A stretch of 63,780 bases of DNA, filler included, from Choristocarpus tenellus KU-1152 (GCA_964200185.2; 12 parts of 12 records of this genome joined end to end with filler, not necessarily neighbours in it); one strand, 5' to 3'; shown: positions 1 to 12,555, counted from the whole stretch's first letter. Notes: generated by a model from the sequence alone, not told the origin. Numbers and translations: made by a program.

Positions 1-414
1 GGGGGGGGGGAGTCAGTGGTGGAGTGAAAAACGAAATGCATCTTTTGATGGCCTGCCTTCAAGTAAGTTTGATTATTTTGAGATGGTGAAACAAGGCTTG
101 TTTGGTTGGTTGGTTGGTTGAACAAGATTTATTTGTGACGAGTTGGAATCAAGTATCAAGCATCAAGCAAGCATCAAGCAAAGCATCAAGCAAGCATCAA
201 CGGGGTCGGTCCAAGAGGGCTATTGATTTTTATAGTTAGATTGGAATGCTGCTGTGGGGCATTGCTTTTTACTGTTCATTGCCCGTATGAGGTTTATATT
301 CTGGATACATCTTGATTAATATATAACGATTTTTTAAATTTAATTATATTTTTTATTGAAAGTATTTTTATGTGATCACAACTAGCAGTGCTTCCTCATA
401 ATATAATGCTGTAG

Positions 415-3400
415 GTGGATATATTATGATAGTGGGTATGGTGAGGAATAGGGGGGGGCAGGGAGGACAAGCGTATGTGAGAGGAAGCACAAGAAAGGCT
501 AGGGTTAAGTCATCTTCATCTGGAGGGGGACATGCTGGGAGATACCAAGAGATCCTGAAGCAAGTTGTCTATGCCCTCCCTCCTTTTCTCAGTGTATGCA
601 CTATAAAAAACATTGCCTGATTGGTTTGGATCAAAATTAAAAAAATCTCTCGTTAATGCCAAATATCCCTCCCAAAATTGAGAATTCAGGTGTGATAGCG
701 AGAGAATTTTTGAATTCTGTGATATTTTGTTTTTGACTCTGCCACTGCATATTATGAGTGTATGCATGTATGTATGTATGTATGTATGTATGTATGTATG
801 TATGTATGTATGTATGTATGTGTATATGTATGTTATTTTATTTTATTTTCTTCTTAGGATGATCCTGTCATCTCATTGGTCGCTCGGTCAATCACTCAAG
901 GATTTGGGTGCAACATAAATCCTGATTTACCCTTCTGCTCACCTCCTTACAGACCTCTTTGTTCCCCCCCCCTCCCCAATGCATACTGATAAAATATAGA
1001 AGCAATCTCTTTTTTCACCACTACCACTTTAGTGCATATCCACCGCCAGATGGATTTTATAAACCCGCTCCTTTCAACTCTTTCACTATCTTGCATGCCT
1101 TATCAGAGAATATGAAACCCCATTTTCTCACTATTTGCACCTCTACTGTGTTCTACATAGCATATTATACCCTGATCTACTTTGACCCCCCCCCCCCCCT
1201 TCCCCCCGGTCTGCTTTGGATATTGAACCGATCACATACTAGGGGATGTTCTTGGACCCTGGAGAGTGTCGATCTTTTAAAATATCTGGAAAGGAGGAGA
1301 ATCAATGGATGGCCCGATACAACAAGCAACAGAGAGCAGTCTCTCCCACTCGAGGCAACCATCAACGTGAGATGAGCAATGGGAGTAATGGTGGCACCAG
1401 TGGCAATGGTGGGATCTCCTTCTCTAATTCACCTAGGAGGGGTCGACGAATGTCCACTGCTTCTGCCTCGAGCATGACTGGTGGTACCGATGCTGCGTTG
1501 GTTGGGGGGGGGCAGGGGGAGGCTGGCGGGAGTTGGGGTAACAAGAAGCAGGCATGGCGGCGGTTGAGTGAGCAAAATGTTCACGCCTCTTCTACACCTT
1601 CAACTCCTCCATCGTCAAGTGGGTGCCTTTGTGTTGGTCTCTTTTTTTGGTGTGTACTGGGATGATGCGTTGATTGTTGATGTAGTTGGATCGATCGTTG
1701 ATCTAATTGGATCGCTGTGTGCCTTGTGTTGTGGGGGTGTGTCTCTGGAGTGTAGACTGTGTACAGTGTGGTGTGGAGTGGTGTGGAGTGGTGTGGAGTA
1801 TGAGGTATACCCTATTTTTGCTGTGGTGTCTGGTTTGTTTTGATTGTGGTGTGGTACGCTGATTGTTGGACAGTTACGTTTGTGTTAATATTATTGTACG
1901 ATCTATGTGTGCTGCTTTGTATCATGGTGTGAGTTGTATTTCCTGGATGGCGTTTTATGTATTGGCCCAGCCCTTTCCAATTGCTTGGGTGTGATTATAT
2001 TAGTGTGATGATAATAATATGATAATAAGATATTGACATTAAGATAATAATATGATGATATTAATATGATTTTATTAATATGATTTTATTAATATGATAA
2101 TAAAACAGTGATAAGAAAGTTGAACACTTCGGGGAGACATCTTCTACAGTCGTATAGGATCGTAGGGTTTCTCGGTGGATTTTGCATTGAACACACTTCA
2201 GTGATTCATCTACCCCAACTATACTTCAACTCACCTGTACTTCAACTCACCTGTACTTCAACCCAACTATACTTCAACACAACTATACTTCAACTCACCT
2301 GTACTTCAACCCAACTATACTTCAACACAACTATACTTAACCCACCTGTACTTCAACACAACTGTACTTCAACCCACCTATACTTCAACCCACCTGTACT
2401 TCAACTCAACTATACTTCAACCCACCTGTACTTCAACGCAGCTGTACTTCAACCCACTTGTACTTCAACCCACTTGTACTTCAACCCACCTGTACTTCAA
2501 CCCAACCATACTTCAACCCACTTGTACTTCAACCCACCCGCACTTCAACCCACCTGTACTTCAACACAACTATACTTCAACACAGCCGTACTTCAACACA
2601 GCCATACTTCAACCCACCTGTTGTTTGTGTGTACCCCCTTGTTACTGTGTGATGCAGGCAATCGACCCAGTATGTCACCAACCTCGCGAAATCGATCCGG
2701 ACTGCGTCGGTTGGTGACCAAAGTCAAGAGCAAAGTGGGGTCTGGGAAGAGTCTGGACACTGGAGGTCCTGCCTGCCGCCTGTTGCATGTAGACATGCTG
2801 AAGGTGGGATGTATGGAGACAAGTCGAGGTGTCATTTTATTTTCTTTACGAGGGAAAGAAGGGGGACCGGGGGGGGGGGAGTGGTTGTATTGTGAAAAAA
2901 AAATGGATATATCTTTTTGGTGCTTGTTCTGGTATGTTTGTTTTTTCTTTTTTTATCGTGCTGTGTTATGTTGATAACCTTAAGAACAAGTCTAGAATAG
3001 GGTTAGGGTTAGGGTTAGGGTTAGGGTTGGTACTTGCCAATACTATACCTACCGAGTGGCCTGTTGTGGGGGTGCTTGTTATGAAGAATTTTATTTCTTT
3101 CATGAAACAAATTTGTTTGGGATGTGGTGGTCGTTGAGAACCTTGAGGAGAACGGACTGGGCAAGACCTTCCGAAGGTTACATCTTTTCTAAAGCTTAGC
3201 TTAGCTTAGCTGCTGCTGTGTTGAATGAAACCACCATGATTGTATGTTTCCTGTGTGTCCCTGTGGAGTCCATGCCAATCAAAGGAATACCTGGGAAGTT
3301 GAATATTGATGTATGATTTGATTGTGTGTATGTGAACTGTTTTGGAGGGATATTGGACTGTTACCTTTATGTCTGTCATTGGTTTAGGGTTAGGGTTAGT

Positions 3401-4669
3401 ACTAGTGCCTCTGTATTTACTGTACCAGCCATGTATGAATGTTTGGATTTGATTGATTGAACGATTTTCTGCCACTGCTGGACTTGGACCTACTCAAGTT
3501 GTTGGATTGGTAGGGATGGCCAGTATTCTGATTGTTGCTGAATAATCAATCAAGAGATTCATCCTTAGATTAGTAGATATAAGAATAATCCTGATTGTGT
3601 GAAAATTAAGGTGAATAGTACTGTTGTTCTATCGGGGATAATATGAATAAGCCCAAGTTTTAATGGTGTTCGGTATTGGGGTTGAGAAGGTGTTTTATTG
3701 ACTCAATTCCGAATATAGAGCCAGTTTGACTGGTTTAAGTAGTTACAATAAATCTAATTAATGTTTGTGGCGTAGAGTATTAGTAGTATTAGCATTGGTA
3801 TTGCTACTGCTACTGCTACTGCTACTGTTACTGCTATTGCTATTGCTATTGCTATTACCATTGTTATGATGCTTTACTCTCATCTGGTGTTCTGTGCATG
3901 TTGCAGGTACCTGAGGACAACCACCTTCATCGTGTGGACCACATTGTGGCTGTTCATAACAGTCGAGCTAGCGAGACTGTAGCAAGACTTACCACTAAGG
4001 TGTTGTGTGTTGTGTTGTGTGTGTTGTGTGCTGTGTTGTGTGTGCTGTGTGTTGTGTTATGTTTGTTGTGTTATGTTTGTTTGTGTGTGAAATGAACTGC
4101 TACATATACAGGCAAGTTATATTGTCTTGTTGTGACCATGTGCTTATATATACACACATATATATATATACTGATTGAAAGATTGCTGTCTTTTGCAACA
4201 CAGGGATAGATTTTGTTGTACTTTTTTGCATTTATCAGGGTTAGGGTTAGGGTTAGGGTTAGGGTTAGGGTTAGGATTTATAGTTGCTGCTGTAGACCAT
4301 TTTTTTCAAGTACCCTGCAACTATTATTGCCACCCCCTCCTCCCCCTCCCTATCTCCTGTACCCTTCAATTCCCCCTTTTGTTCTTTACATCAAGTCCCC
4401 ATCTTGCTTATCTTTGATTTGGAGGTGGTTTATGAATGCTATTGGTGCATGGTGCATAGTGCACTCTCTGCCCCCTCCCCCTCCCCCACGTCCCCAATCT
4501 CAATGTTTTTGTTTTGTTTTGTTAACCCTTTGCTTGTTGCTGGAGGGTGGAGATGGAGATGGCATGTTCTTGTTTGTGGTTAATCTGCAACTGCCACGAT
4601 CTTACACTCAGAGTGGAATATCAGTGTCCGTGGTGCTATACTGGGGGATACCCATCTCAAAGCTTTCAG
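415..4669 (+). CDS. Partial multi-exon gene: EDR2 C-terminal domain (DUF1336) protein, possibly preceded by the end of a START-like domain
   Basis: Exons 1243-1618, 2658-2803, 3907-3999 and 4546-4669 have compatible phases. They splice to ...GGPACRLLHVDMLKVPEDNHLHRVDHIVAVH...GMFLFVVNLQLPRSYTQSGISVSVVLYWGIP, which matches the EDR2-C pattern (L-L--VD...+DHIA...F-FVVNLQ+P...S+VLY). Probable upstream exons are 415-593 (GGYIMIVG...) and one starting at 858, whose donor is unresolved. The 5' end and the C-terminal exons were not found. Confidence 0.72.
758..832. repeat. (TATG)n microsatellite, intronic
   Basis: Tandem tatg units seen directly. Confidence 0.95.
2213..2620. repeat. 16-bp minisatellite (consensus CTTCAACCCACCTGTA), ~25 units, intronic
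   Basis: A tacttcaac core recurs every 16 bp. The array ends ~37 bp before the acceptor at 2657. Confidence 0.95.
2998..3028 (+). repeat. Interstitial telomere-like (TTAGGG)n tract
   Basis: gggttagggttagggttagggttagggtt. Similar tracts lie at about 4237-4275, 4813-4832, 5217-5244, 30001-30020 and 59443-59460. Confidence 0.9.
4237..4275 (+). repeat. Interstitial (TTAGGG)n tract
   Basis: About 6 tandem ttaggg units. Confidence 0.9.
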
Positions 4670-5720
4670 GTGATTACAATGGAACAAACGCACGTAGACA
4701 CACTAGACCACACGCAGACACTCTAATGCACATAGATGCACCCACACTCATATTGTCAAATATGTATAATATGCGCAAGGACTTGTGTGATTTCATGTGC
4801 AAAGTACTGAAGAGGGTTAGGGTTAGGGTTAGTGTGTGTAACACCATGCATGCAGTGGAGGGTGGAGTATACACAAGAGACAGTTTATCCTGTTGTGGCA
4901 TGTGTACTTGGTAAGTTAATGGGTGTGTAAGGGTGTGCTTTTGTGTTCATTTGTGATTTAGAGTGGGTGATTGTTGATACCAGACTTTGCAAAATGTGTT
5001 TCTGCTTATTGAAGGTAAGAATTTGAATATGAAATTGGGTAGGTAAATGTTTGGGTTCTGTAGTAGTTTAGTATACTACTACTAATTGTGCTATCATGAG
5101 GACCCATGGTTTCTTCTGGTATTGAAGGTGGTGATCAGGGATTAGTATTGGGTTTCAGTCTAGATAGCAGAATGATAAGACTAAGAGACTGCCATTGGCT
5201 TGTACTCTTCAGAGGTAGGGTTAGGGTTAGGGTTAGGGTTAGGGCTATTGTTTGATGGATAGAGTTATACTGCTATGCCAATTGCCAATTTTGAAGTCTG
5301 AGGTGGAGATTAAATTTCCAATTTTTTGACCAGCCTACTGTGAAGTATGTTTCTATAATTTGTTTAGTCGTTGATGATGATATGAACTTCAACAGAAGTA
5401 CAACATCAGTTTAGGGATGTCTTCACTTGGGACGGGTTTTTCAACTATATTACTAGTAATGTAATACTACTTACTTAAAGGGGGGAGTTTTGGAAACAAA
5501 AGTCTTCATCAAGACTCTCTGCCCTTCAGAGATTTTCTCATATATATGTATCCTGTTTGTCAGGCTCACTTCCCTTTAATCTATATATCATGTACATGTA
5601 ATCGTATCTATAGGCTTGGCAGAATAGTGTATATATGTAGACTATATGTAAATAGTATATATTTAGAATATATGTAAATGCATATATAGACTCTGAGTAA
5701 TGATACGTATAATGAATGGA

Positions 5721-5928
5721 TCATTTTACATCACTAGTAATAACAAGAATAATCACCAGGTCATTATACATCACTAGTAATAACGAGAATAATCACCAGG
5801 TCATTATACATCACTAGTAGTAACGAGAATAATCACCAGGTCATTTTACATCACTTGTAATAACAAGAATAATCACCAGGTCATTTTACATCACTTGTAA
5901 TAACAAGAATAATTGCCAGGTCATTATA
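5721..5928. repeat. 40-bp minisatellite, ~5 copies
   Basis: tcattatacatcactagtaataacgagaataatcaccagg repeats with a 40-bp period. Confidence 0.95.
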
Positions 5929-6751
5929 GAGAATAGACACTTATCTATATTAAAATACCCTTGATACACATTATACATTATATATTATTAACAATGTGTT
6001 GATGGATCATACACAGCGTGGCATCTGCACATGATTCTAGTAGAAAGTGTCTTTATAACAATGATACAGACAAAAAACAGACCTTCTACAACGTCTCTGC
6101 CAGGTTTGAAAATCTCTGTCCCAATCAGTACTTGGAAGATTCAACAGCAATCAGAATGTGAAGTACACATTCTTTTTGATAGGTTTTGGTATTCAAACAC
6201 CTTGCCGGCGTTTCCGAAATTGCATTTTTTTTTCTTAGGGATTAAACAGAGGTGCAATCCCACCTGTCCTCACCAGAAGGCTTTTTGCTCAACTTTGGAG
6301 TTACATATTACTTGATGAACTTGGGACTGTACTTGTCCTTGTTTCACTGTGGTGCTGTGGTTTATTTTGGGTTGAGATAGGGATGATCTTGCTGTTCATG
6401 CAGTTTGTGTTTGTGTTTGTGTTTGTGTGTGTGTGTGTGTTTGTATGCTGCCTTTCAAAGTATTCGCCTACTCTCAACTCTTGTCTATAACGACCATAAT
6501 AATAATAATAATATTAACAATAATTATTATTGTGTATACATACTATCTAAAAAAGTCACTTTTGAAAAAGTAACTTGAACATACAGAGCACACACTTTAT
6601 ATTTTATCTTATTGTTTTATTTTTGCAAGTTAGGCTTACCCGGGTCATTAACTAGCTCACTAAACTAGCTCGTGTAAAAGAAACTAGTGGTATACCCTAC
6701 TATTTTCTGGGTTTTTTTTTGAGGCAGGGCCACACACTTTCAAGGGGTCAT

Positions 6752-7143
6752 TCCTTAGTGCAGGTATTTGTTTGTACTCCTTAGTGTAAGTATTTTTTTG
6801 TACTCCTTAGTGTAGGTATTTTTTTGTACTCCTTAGTGTAGGTGTTTGTTTGTACTCCTTAGTGTAGGTGTTTGTACTCCTTAGTGTAAGTGTTTGTTTG
6901 TACTCCTTAGTGTAGGTATTTGTTTGTACTCCTTAGTGTAGGTATTTGTTTGTACTCCTTAGTGTAGGTGTTTGTTTGTACTCCTTAGTGTAGGTGTTTG
7001 TTTGTACTCCTTAGTGTAGGTATTTGTTTGTACTCCTTAGTGTAGGTATTTGTTTGTACTCCTTAGTGTAGGTGTTTGTTTGTACTCCTTATTGTAGGTG
7101 TTTGTTTGTACTCCTTAGTGTAGGTGTTTGTTTGTACTCCTTA
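6752..7143. repeat. 26-bp minisatellite, ~15 copies
   Basis: Tandem ccttagtgtaggt(a/g)tttgtttgtact units with no unique spacers. Confidence 0.95.
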
Positions 7144-8030
7144 CCGGTGTTCACGGTCTAATTGCCTGACTAGTACAGGGAGTGGGGGGAGTGTACCCAA
7201 TGTAGATAAGCGTCATCAAGTGTGTGCTCCCCCTTCCGCTAGGGCAGGCATCTGTTACATTGTGAGATTGTTGAGAATTTTGATGAGTTGTACTGTTTAC
7301 ATATTATTTTTGTATTTGTTCCAGTAGAAGTATTTATTTATTTATTTATAACGAGAGGGTTGGATGGTATATAGCACTGGTTAGAACGCCTTTTATCTTT
7401 AGATTTTTTTGTGTCCTCTTGACTCTTTTTTCCAAGTCTGATGCGACAGTCTAAAACCAAGTGAATTTATCAATCAATCACGGTGAGGTTTTTGACCCGA
7501 GTGATCAACATGCTGGTTTTCGCGTTTGGATAGGCGTTTCTGTGAACCATGTCAAAATGACATATATGGTGGTTGAAACAAGATATCAGTTACATATTGA
7601 CGGATAGTCTTCCCATACACGCCTCTTTTTTAATCTATGGCATTCCGTCCATTGGCAGGGACAAGGCAGCACTGTTGTACCTTGAGGTCGCCAAGTATAG
7701 CATTTTGTACCACCAGTAAGCTGTGTTTGAAGGATTGTTCACACTCAAACCTCTAACGCGGTCTGCTTCCCTTGAGGTATCTGATGATTGCACCATAACG
7801 TCTCTCTGCTTGCTTTGTAGGAGTTACTGAAATTGTTAGTTGCCCTAGTGTGGCACTTCATAGATAGGCATTGTGAAACTGTCAAAGCGCTCGTATCTTC
7901 TCGTGTTGAGAGTGACTTAACAACACATATTCTTACTATTGATTTTGTAACTGCCATCTTTTTGTTTTTTCACCAAAAGCAAGATTGGTAAAATGTTTGC
8001 ATTAAAGCATCATCCTAACCAAGAGCAACC

Positions 8031-8061
<31 letters not shown>

Positions 8062-8101
8062 ACCCCACACCACGCCCCTTCAAACGCCAACCACAAAAAA
8101 G

Positions 8102-8201
8102 NNNNNNNNNNNNNNNNNNNNNNNNNNNNNNNNNNNNNNNNNNNNTTAATTAATTAANNNNNNNNNNNNNNNNNNNNNNNNNNNNNNNNNNNNNNNNNNN
8201 N
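8102..8201. other. Artificial contig linker (44N-TTAATTAATTAA-44N)
   Basis: Identical 100-bp linkers also at 12556, 17632, 20595, 28860, 32597, 36588, 40566, 43589, 58124 and 60933. The core has stop codons in all six frames. Confidence 0.97.
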
Positions 8202-8329
8202 TGTGGTTATAATGGTCCCCGATTGTGATAAGACATCGTTGACCAGTTCCTTTTTATACTATGATATTGATGATAATCCAAGTGAGAGATCCAGCATGCT
8301 TGACGACTTGTGCGTAAGGAGTCCTGTAC

Positions 8330-9052
8330 GTACACAAGTATCATCCATAGGCCTGTAGATTGGAGCTATACATCCTGTGGAGAGGTAAGCCTCTGGAGCA
8401 TGCTGTAACAGATCAGCGTCCTACCGGAACAAAGGCCTCCTGCTAGGTGTTACGTTTGCAGAAATGCAGGCAACCTCCCACCTTACTCACTCATCCACTA
8501 GCAATGTTGTGACTGCAGCTGCAGCCGAGGAGCGAAAGCGCACCCCCTATGAGGGCTCTCTTGACCCTCGTAGTTATAACCTCAACAACTTTGCAGTGGA
8601 TAGTTTTGGGCACCTCGGTAAGGAAGCGGAAAGTTTCTGGATGAGCTAGTTAAGCATACGGTAAGCGGGAGAGGGGCAGGAGGTTATAGGAGGAAGGGGG
8701 TTGTCAAATCCCGTCTATGACAGATAGTTTCTGTCACAACACAGGTAGCCCTATCCAGGCAGGTCATGCACTTTAAGCTGGAGACACCAGGGAGATGGAC
8801 AAGGTGGGGCATTGTTAGATTCGTGAGATGCCTCCCTAGCCCCTCACCCTGGAATACAGGACTAAGCTAGGTTAGAGGCGCAGGAAGGAAACGGTGTAGC
8901 GTAACTGGTCGTAAAATAGCGAATAGATTAATGTTTTTCACATTTATGACAAACGTTACATTTTTTGGGTTTATTCTGACATGTGAATATATATACATTT
9001 TCCCCCCGGCACATCTCCAAGATGTTAGAGGGTATCATAATAAAATAAATAA
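8330..9052 (+). mobile_element. 3' fragment of CRE-like non-LTR retrotransposon (restriction-like endonuclease region and 3' UTR) ending in the TGCCCTCTGACA module
   Basis: Translates to RNKGLLLGVTFAE...AAAEERKR...GSLDPRSYNLNNFAVDSFGHLGKEAESF, then IVSVTTQVALSRQV. This is the FAVE/DSFG-LG RLE motif of CRE-clade elements. The copy is degenerate. Confidence 0.8.
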
Positions 9053-9107
9053 GAACATTTTCAATAAAATGCTTGGGGGAGAGAGCTGTCGAATCACCTG
9101 TGTTAAA

Positions 9108-9365
9108 TTTAGTATTATGTCCTCTGACCTTTTGCAAACATGTCAGGGGCAAAACCAATGAAAACCAATCAAATGTCAGAACAACCCCTAAAAAGGTAAC
9201 ACCTGTCGTAAATGTGAAAGACATTTCTATCATCTACTCTGGAGTATTTACTATTTTACTACCAGCTATGCTACATCGCTGCCCTCCTGTGCCTTCAACC
9301 GAGCTTAGTCCTGCACCCCGAGGTGAGGAGCTAGGGAAACATCCCAAGAATCTAACAAGTCCCTC
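9108..9365 (-). mobile_element. Inverted copy of the same CRE 3' UTR plus terminal module
   Basis: Reverse complement of ~8810-9045 (ggtgaggagctagggaaacatcccaagaatctaacaa; tatgtcctctgaccttttgcaaac). Confidence 0.75.
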
Positions 9366-9758
9366 ATTGTTGAGAAGCTGGGCGCATGTTAAGGCTCGTC
9401 GCCCGAATCTGCTGGTTGAGTTACATGGTAAAACATACACTGAATGGTTAATTGCCAGCCAGGTGTCCAACACTGGCTCAGTATACCGTTGTTTATCAAA
9501 AACGTTTCCACAGTCACCAGGTGAAGTGCTGCAGAATGGTGACCTTCAGCGACCAGTCTCCACTTTCTGAACTCTCACCAATCCAGACCTCTATCCATAA
9601 CATTAAACACCTATCTCCTATTCCCCTTGTACTCTCGATTGGTCCAGGAGATACATTTTTCAACACCCCTCAGCTCTTGGACAGAGAGTAGATATGATGT
9701 GTCTTCTAGTCCTCGGGGATGTGAAGGGAATACACAGATAACAAATAAAACACCGGAA

Positions 9759-10019
9759 GAGTCGAAGTATCTTAGAGGGTAGAGCCGCGTCCATTTGGGG
9801 GTCAAAATTCACTGTCGCGATTTTNNNNNNNNNNTAATTTTGGCTATCGTGTTTGTTAGGAAGTGTCAATATCCATGTTTCGGACACACGTTTTCATAAC
9901 GTATACACCTTTCCTGAACGTTTGGAGTAAGAAAATGTCATAAAAGAAGAACTCATGAAAAGTCAAGCCCCAAATTGACAAACAGGGCAAACCTCGTAAC
10001 CTCCAAGATACTTTCACTC
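9759..10019. mobile_element. Sola2-type MITE, family A, with GGAA TSD
   Basis: TIRs gagtcgaagtatcttagagggta / taacctccaagatactttcactc. GGAA lies at 9755-9758 and 10020-10023. Confidence 0.85.
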
Positions 10020-10499
10020 GGAACTGTCTCGTCCTCATTCTTCAAGCAGAGTGAGGACACGAGATTGCATGCTATATTCAAAAAAGGTTCCATCTCGGGC
10101 CTTTCTTTTTTTTCAAGTTTGCTGTGGAGGAGATCATATTTTCCGAGACTTGTGTAAATAAATGACTCGATTAATTCCTTATTGGGTTGGATGTTCGATT
10201 AGACTCTTCCAACTCTATCGGACAGTTACAGTAAAATATGTATGGAGTAACGGAACAATCAATTAGTGGTTCAGTTATCAGAACCTTTTACTAGTGATTA
10301 GTTGAATGATAATTTTTCTCATATAAAAGGAAATGTTTCTGATTTTATGGGGACTTGCATGCCCCACCTAAATTTAATCAATCACTCTACACACACCAAG
10401 CAGCAATCTCACCGGGTTTATCACCTTTACCCTCTTTGATGAATTTGGGGATACTAACAAAATATATTGGAACCTTAGGTTTTCACCCATCATTTCATC

Positions 10500-12555
10500 A
10501 TGTCTACACGAGGAGATGCGATTCAAGAATTGAGGGAACCTGTTCCTTCCGAGGGCCCATCTATCCAAGAATTCAGACAGCTTATGGCGTCGGTAGTGGA
10601 GTTGTCAAGAAACGTTGGCAATCTCATGGTTCAGTATGAAAGAGTCGGCGACGGAAATCATCCCGTCGTCCAGGCCGCTGTGCCCAGCATGCGACCTCTG
10701 GCTGGAGGCGTACCAGTCGAAGTGGGTCCTATGGAACTCATGTTGAGGGCAAATTTCCCAGAGAGGGGAAACAGTTTGGATGCTGGGAGCATCAGAAGTG
10801 GAGCAAGCCGGAGGTCCGGTTCTTCGGAGAGATTGGGGACAGGCGCACATATTGTTCGCCCTACGACGAAGAGAGATCGAGAACCCAACCACCGAAATTA
10901 TTGGACGACTCGGACTAGCGGGACTGGCGGAGGTGTTTCATCGCACATTGCCGATATACTCACTGTTTGGATGCGTTGACAAGTGAAAGACCAGTCAATC
11001 AAGAACGCTCCTACAAGGAACTTCTCTCGGACGGCTTAAGTGCGAACGATATCTGGATGGCCGAAGAGGCCTACCATGCACTTACTGTTGCTCTCGTTGC
11101 ACCCACCACCAGGGCACTGTGCTATATGCACCAAAGCCCGAGCGAGCTTTTCCGAGCAATAGATGATTGGTTCATGCCCAATACAGTGGGTAATAGCCAA
11201 CATTTGTTCCATGGGTTTTTCACTGCAAAGGTTGAGAAGGGGGCGAATCCGATCCTCACCTTAAACCACCTGGTGTAATCAATGGATCTGGTGATCTCGG
11301 ACAAGCTGCTGCTCCCACAGTTCCTGAGTGCTCTCGGATCAGATTACGATACCGAGACACGCATGATGGCCTCGCAGAGAACACTATGTCGATCAGACGT
11401 AGAGAAAACTGCTAGAGAGCGATAAGTTTCTCTTCATCAGGGCAAGGACTCCAGACACAAGAACAGCCATGTTTGGTCGTTAACAGCTCATCGCAAGGGA
11501 AGAGCCAGTCTCATCGCAACAGCCAAGGTCGCTGGGCCAAACGTAAATTTAATGGTGGAAGAAAGAAACATGGTTCTAACTCCAACCCAAAACGTTCCGA
11601 GAAGATTCCTTGTGAAAGATGCGGTAAGCATGGACATGAGAAGCCATCTTGCCCAAACCGAATTTGCACCAAATGTAGTGGACGTGCCCATGATGCAACA
11701 ACATGCACTTCGTTCGGTGTTCTTGACTACGGTGGACTCTGGGAAGGAAGAGATCAAGACTGAGGCGAATCCTTCCCACATTACTGTGGCAAGTACCACC
11801 AGCTGCAGCGACGAGCGATACTCAATACTGGTCGCCACTGAGGACTCTCCGAGCAGCAATGCTCCAGGCAAGTGTTGGGCAAACGAATGTTTGGTGTCAA
11901 GTGTTGGGGATGGCCACGAGAGAGAAGGATGGATTTTGGACAGTGCGACTTCATGTCACATAACAAATATAGTAAAATCCATGACAAATTATAAGCCTTG
12001 CGTTGGAGACCAAAGGATAGTCACTGCTAGCCAAAAGTCCTTTTGCATCGCTGGTCATGGTGATCTAACCATCTTGTTTCCGTCACATGACAACAAGGAG
12101 GTAGAAATACTCCTTCAGAATATCGCCCATGTCCCTGATCTAGGATTCAACCTTTTCTCTTGCTAAGCAGCAGCTGACAAGGGTGCAAAATGCATTTTCA
12201 CAGCCAGCACATTCTTGCTATTAGATGGAGTACTTACCTTCACAAAATATCCTGGTTGCCACTACACCCTCCATGGTCAACGCATATTGCCGCGACTAGA
12301 TGGAAATGCTGAAGTTGCTTTCAAGGCCACTATAGCCCCCTCGCTTGCACCCCACGCTCCCCACACCAATGTCAACATTAACCTCTTTCACCGCTCTTAT
12401 GGCCACGCACACGAGGCATTGCTCAAGTCCACCGCCACTTCAATGGACATTACATAGGTGGGTGAGCTGGAGTCATGTGCGGGCTGCTCTATGAGCAAGG
12501 GCATACGGAAGGGCGTTCTGTCCAGCACGTCTACAAGGGCGGTAAGAAAGCTGGA
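10500..12555 (+). mobile_element. Ty1/copia LTR retrotransposon gag-pol pseudogene (gag, two zinc knuckles, protease, GAG-pre-integrase), truncated by a gap
   Basis: CCHC knuckles CERCGKHGHEKPSC and CTKCSGRAHDATTC. Copia protease WILDSATSCHIT...HVPDLGFNLFS. Pre-integrase LFHRSYGH...CAGCSMSKG. Multiple stops and frameshifts. Confidence 0.9.

Noticed and set aside
2108-2974. 288-aa ORF as a repeat protein
   Set aside because: Mostly an intronic minisatellite. Only 2658-2803 has splice signals and domain similarity.
4213-4914. 233-aa ORF with RVRVRV tracts
   Set aside because: The RV repeats are translated TTAGGG. Only 4546-4669 is exon.
5721-5928. 40-bp array as CRISPR or iterons
   Set aside because: Contiguous near-identical units, i.e. 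an ordinary minisatellite.
6238-6410. Next exon of the EDR2-like gene
   Set aside because: No phase-compatible translation showed the expected RFKLIP, LLGK or LEIDVD motifs.
6752-7143. 26-bp array as a CRISPR
   Set aside because: Head-to-tail units with no unique spacers and no cas genes, in a eukaryotic context.
8146-8157. TTAATTAATTAA palindrome repeated 11 times
   Set aside because: It is always centred in 44N+44N, so it is an artificial scaffolding or concatenation linker.
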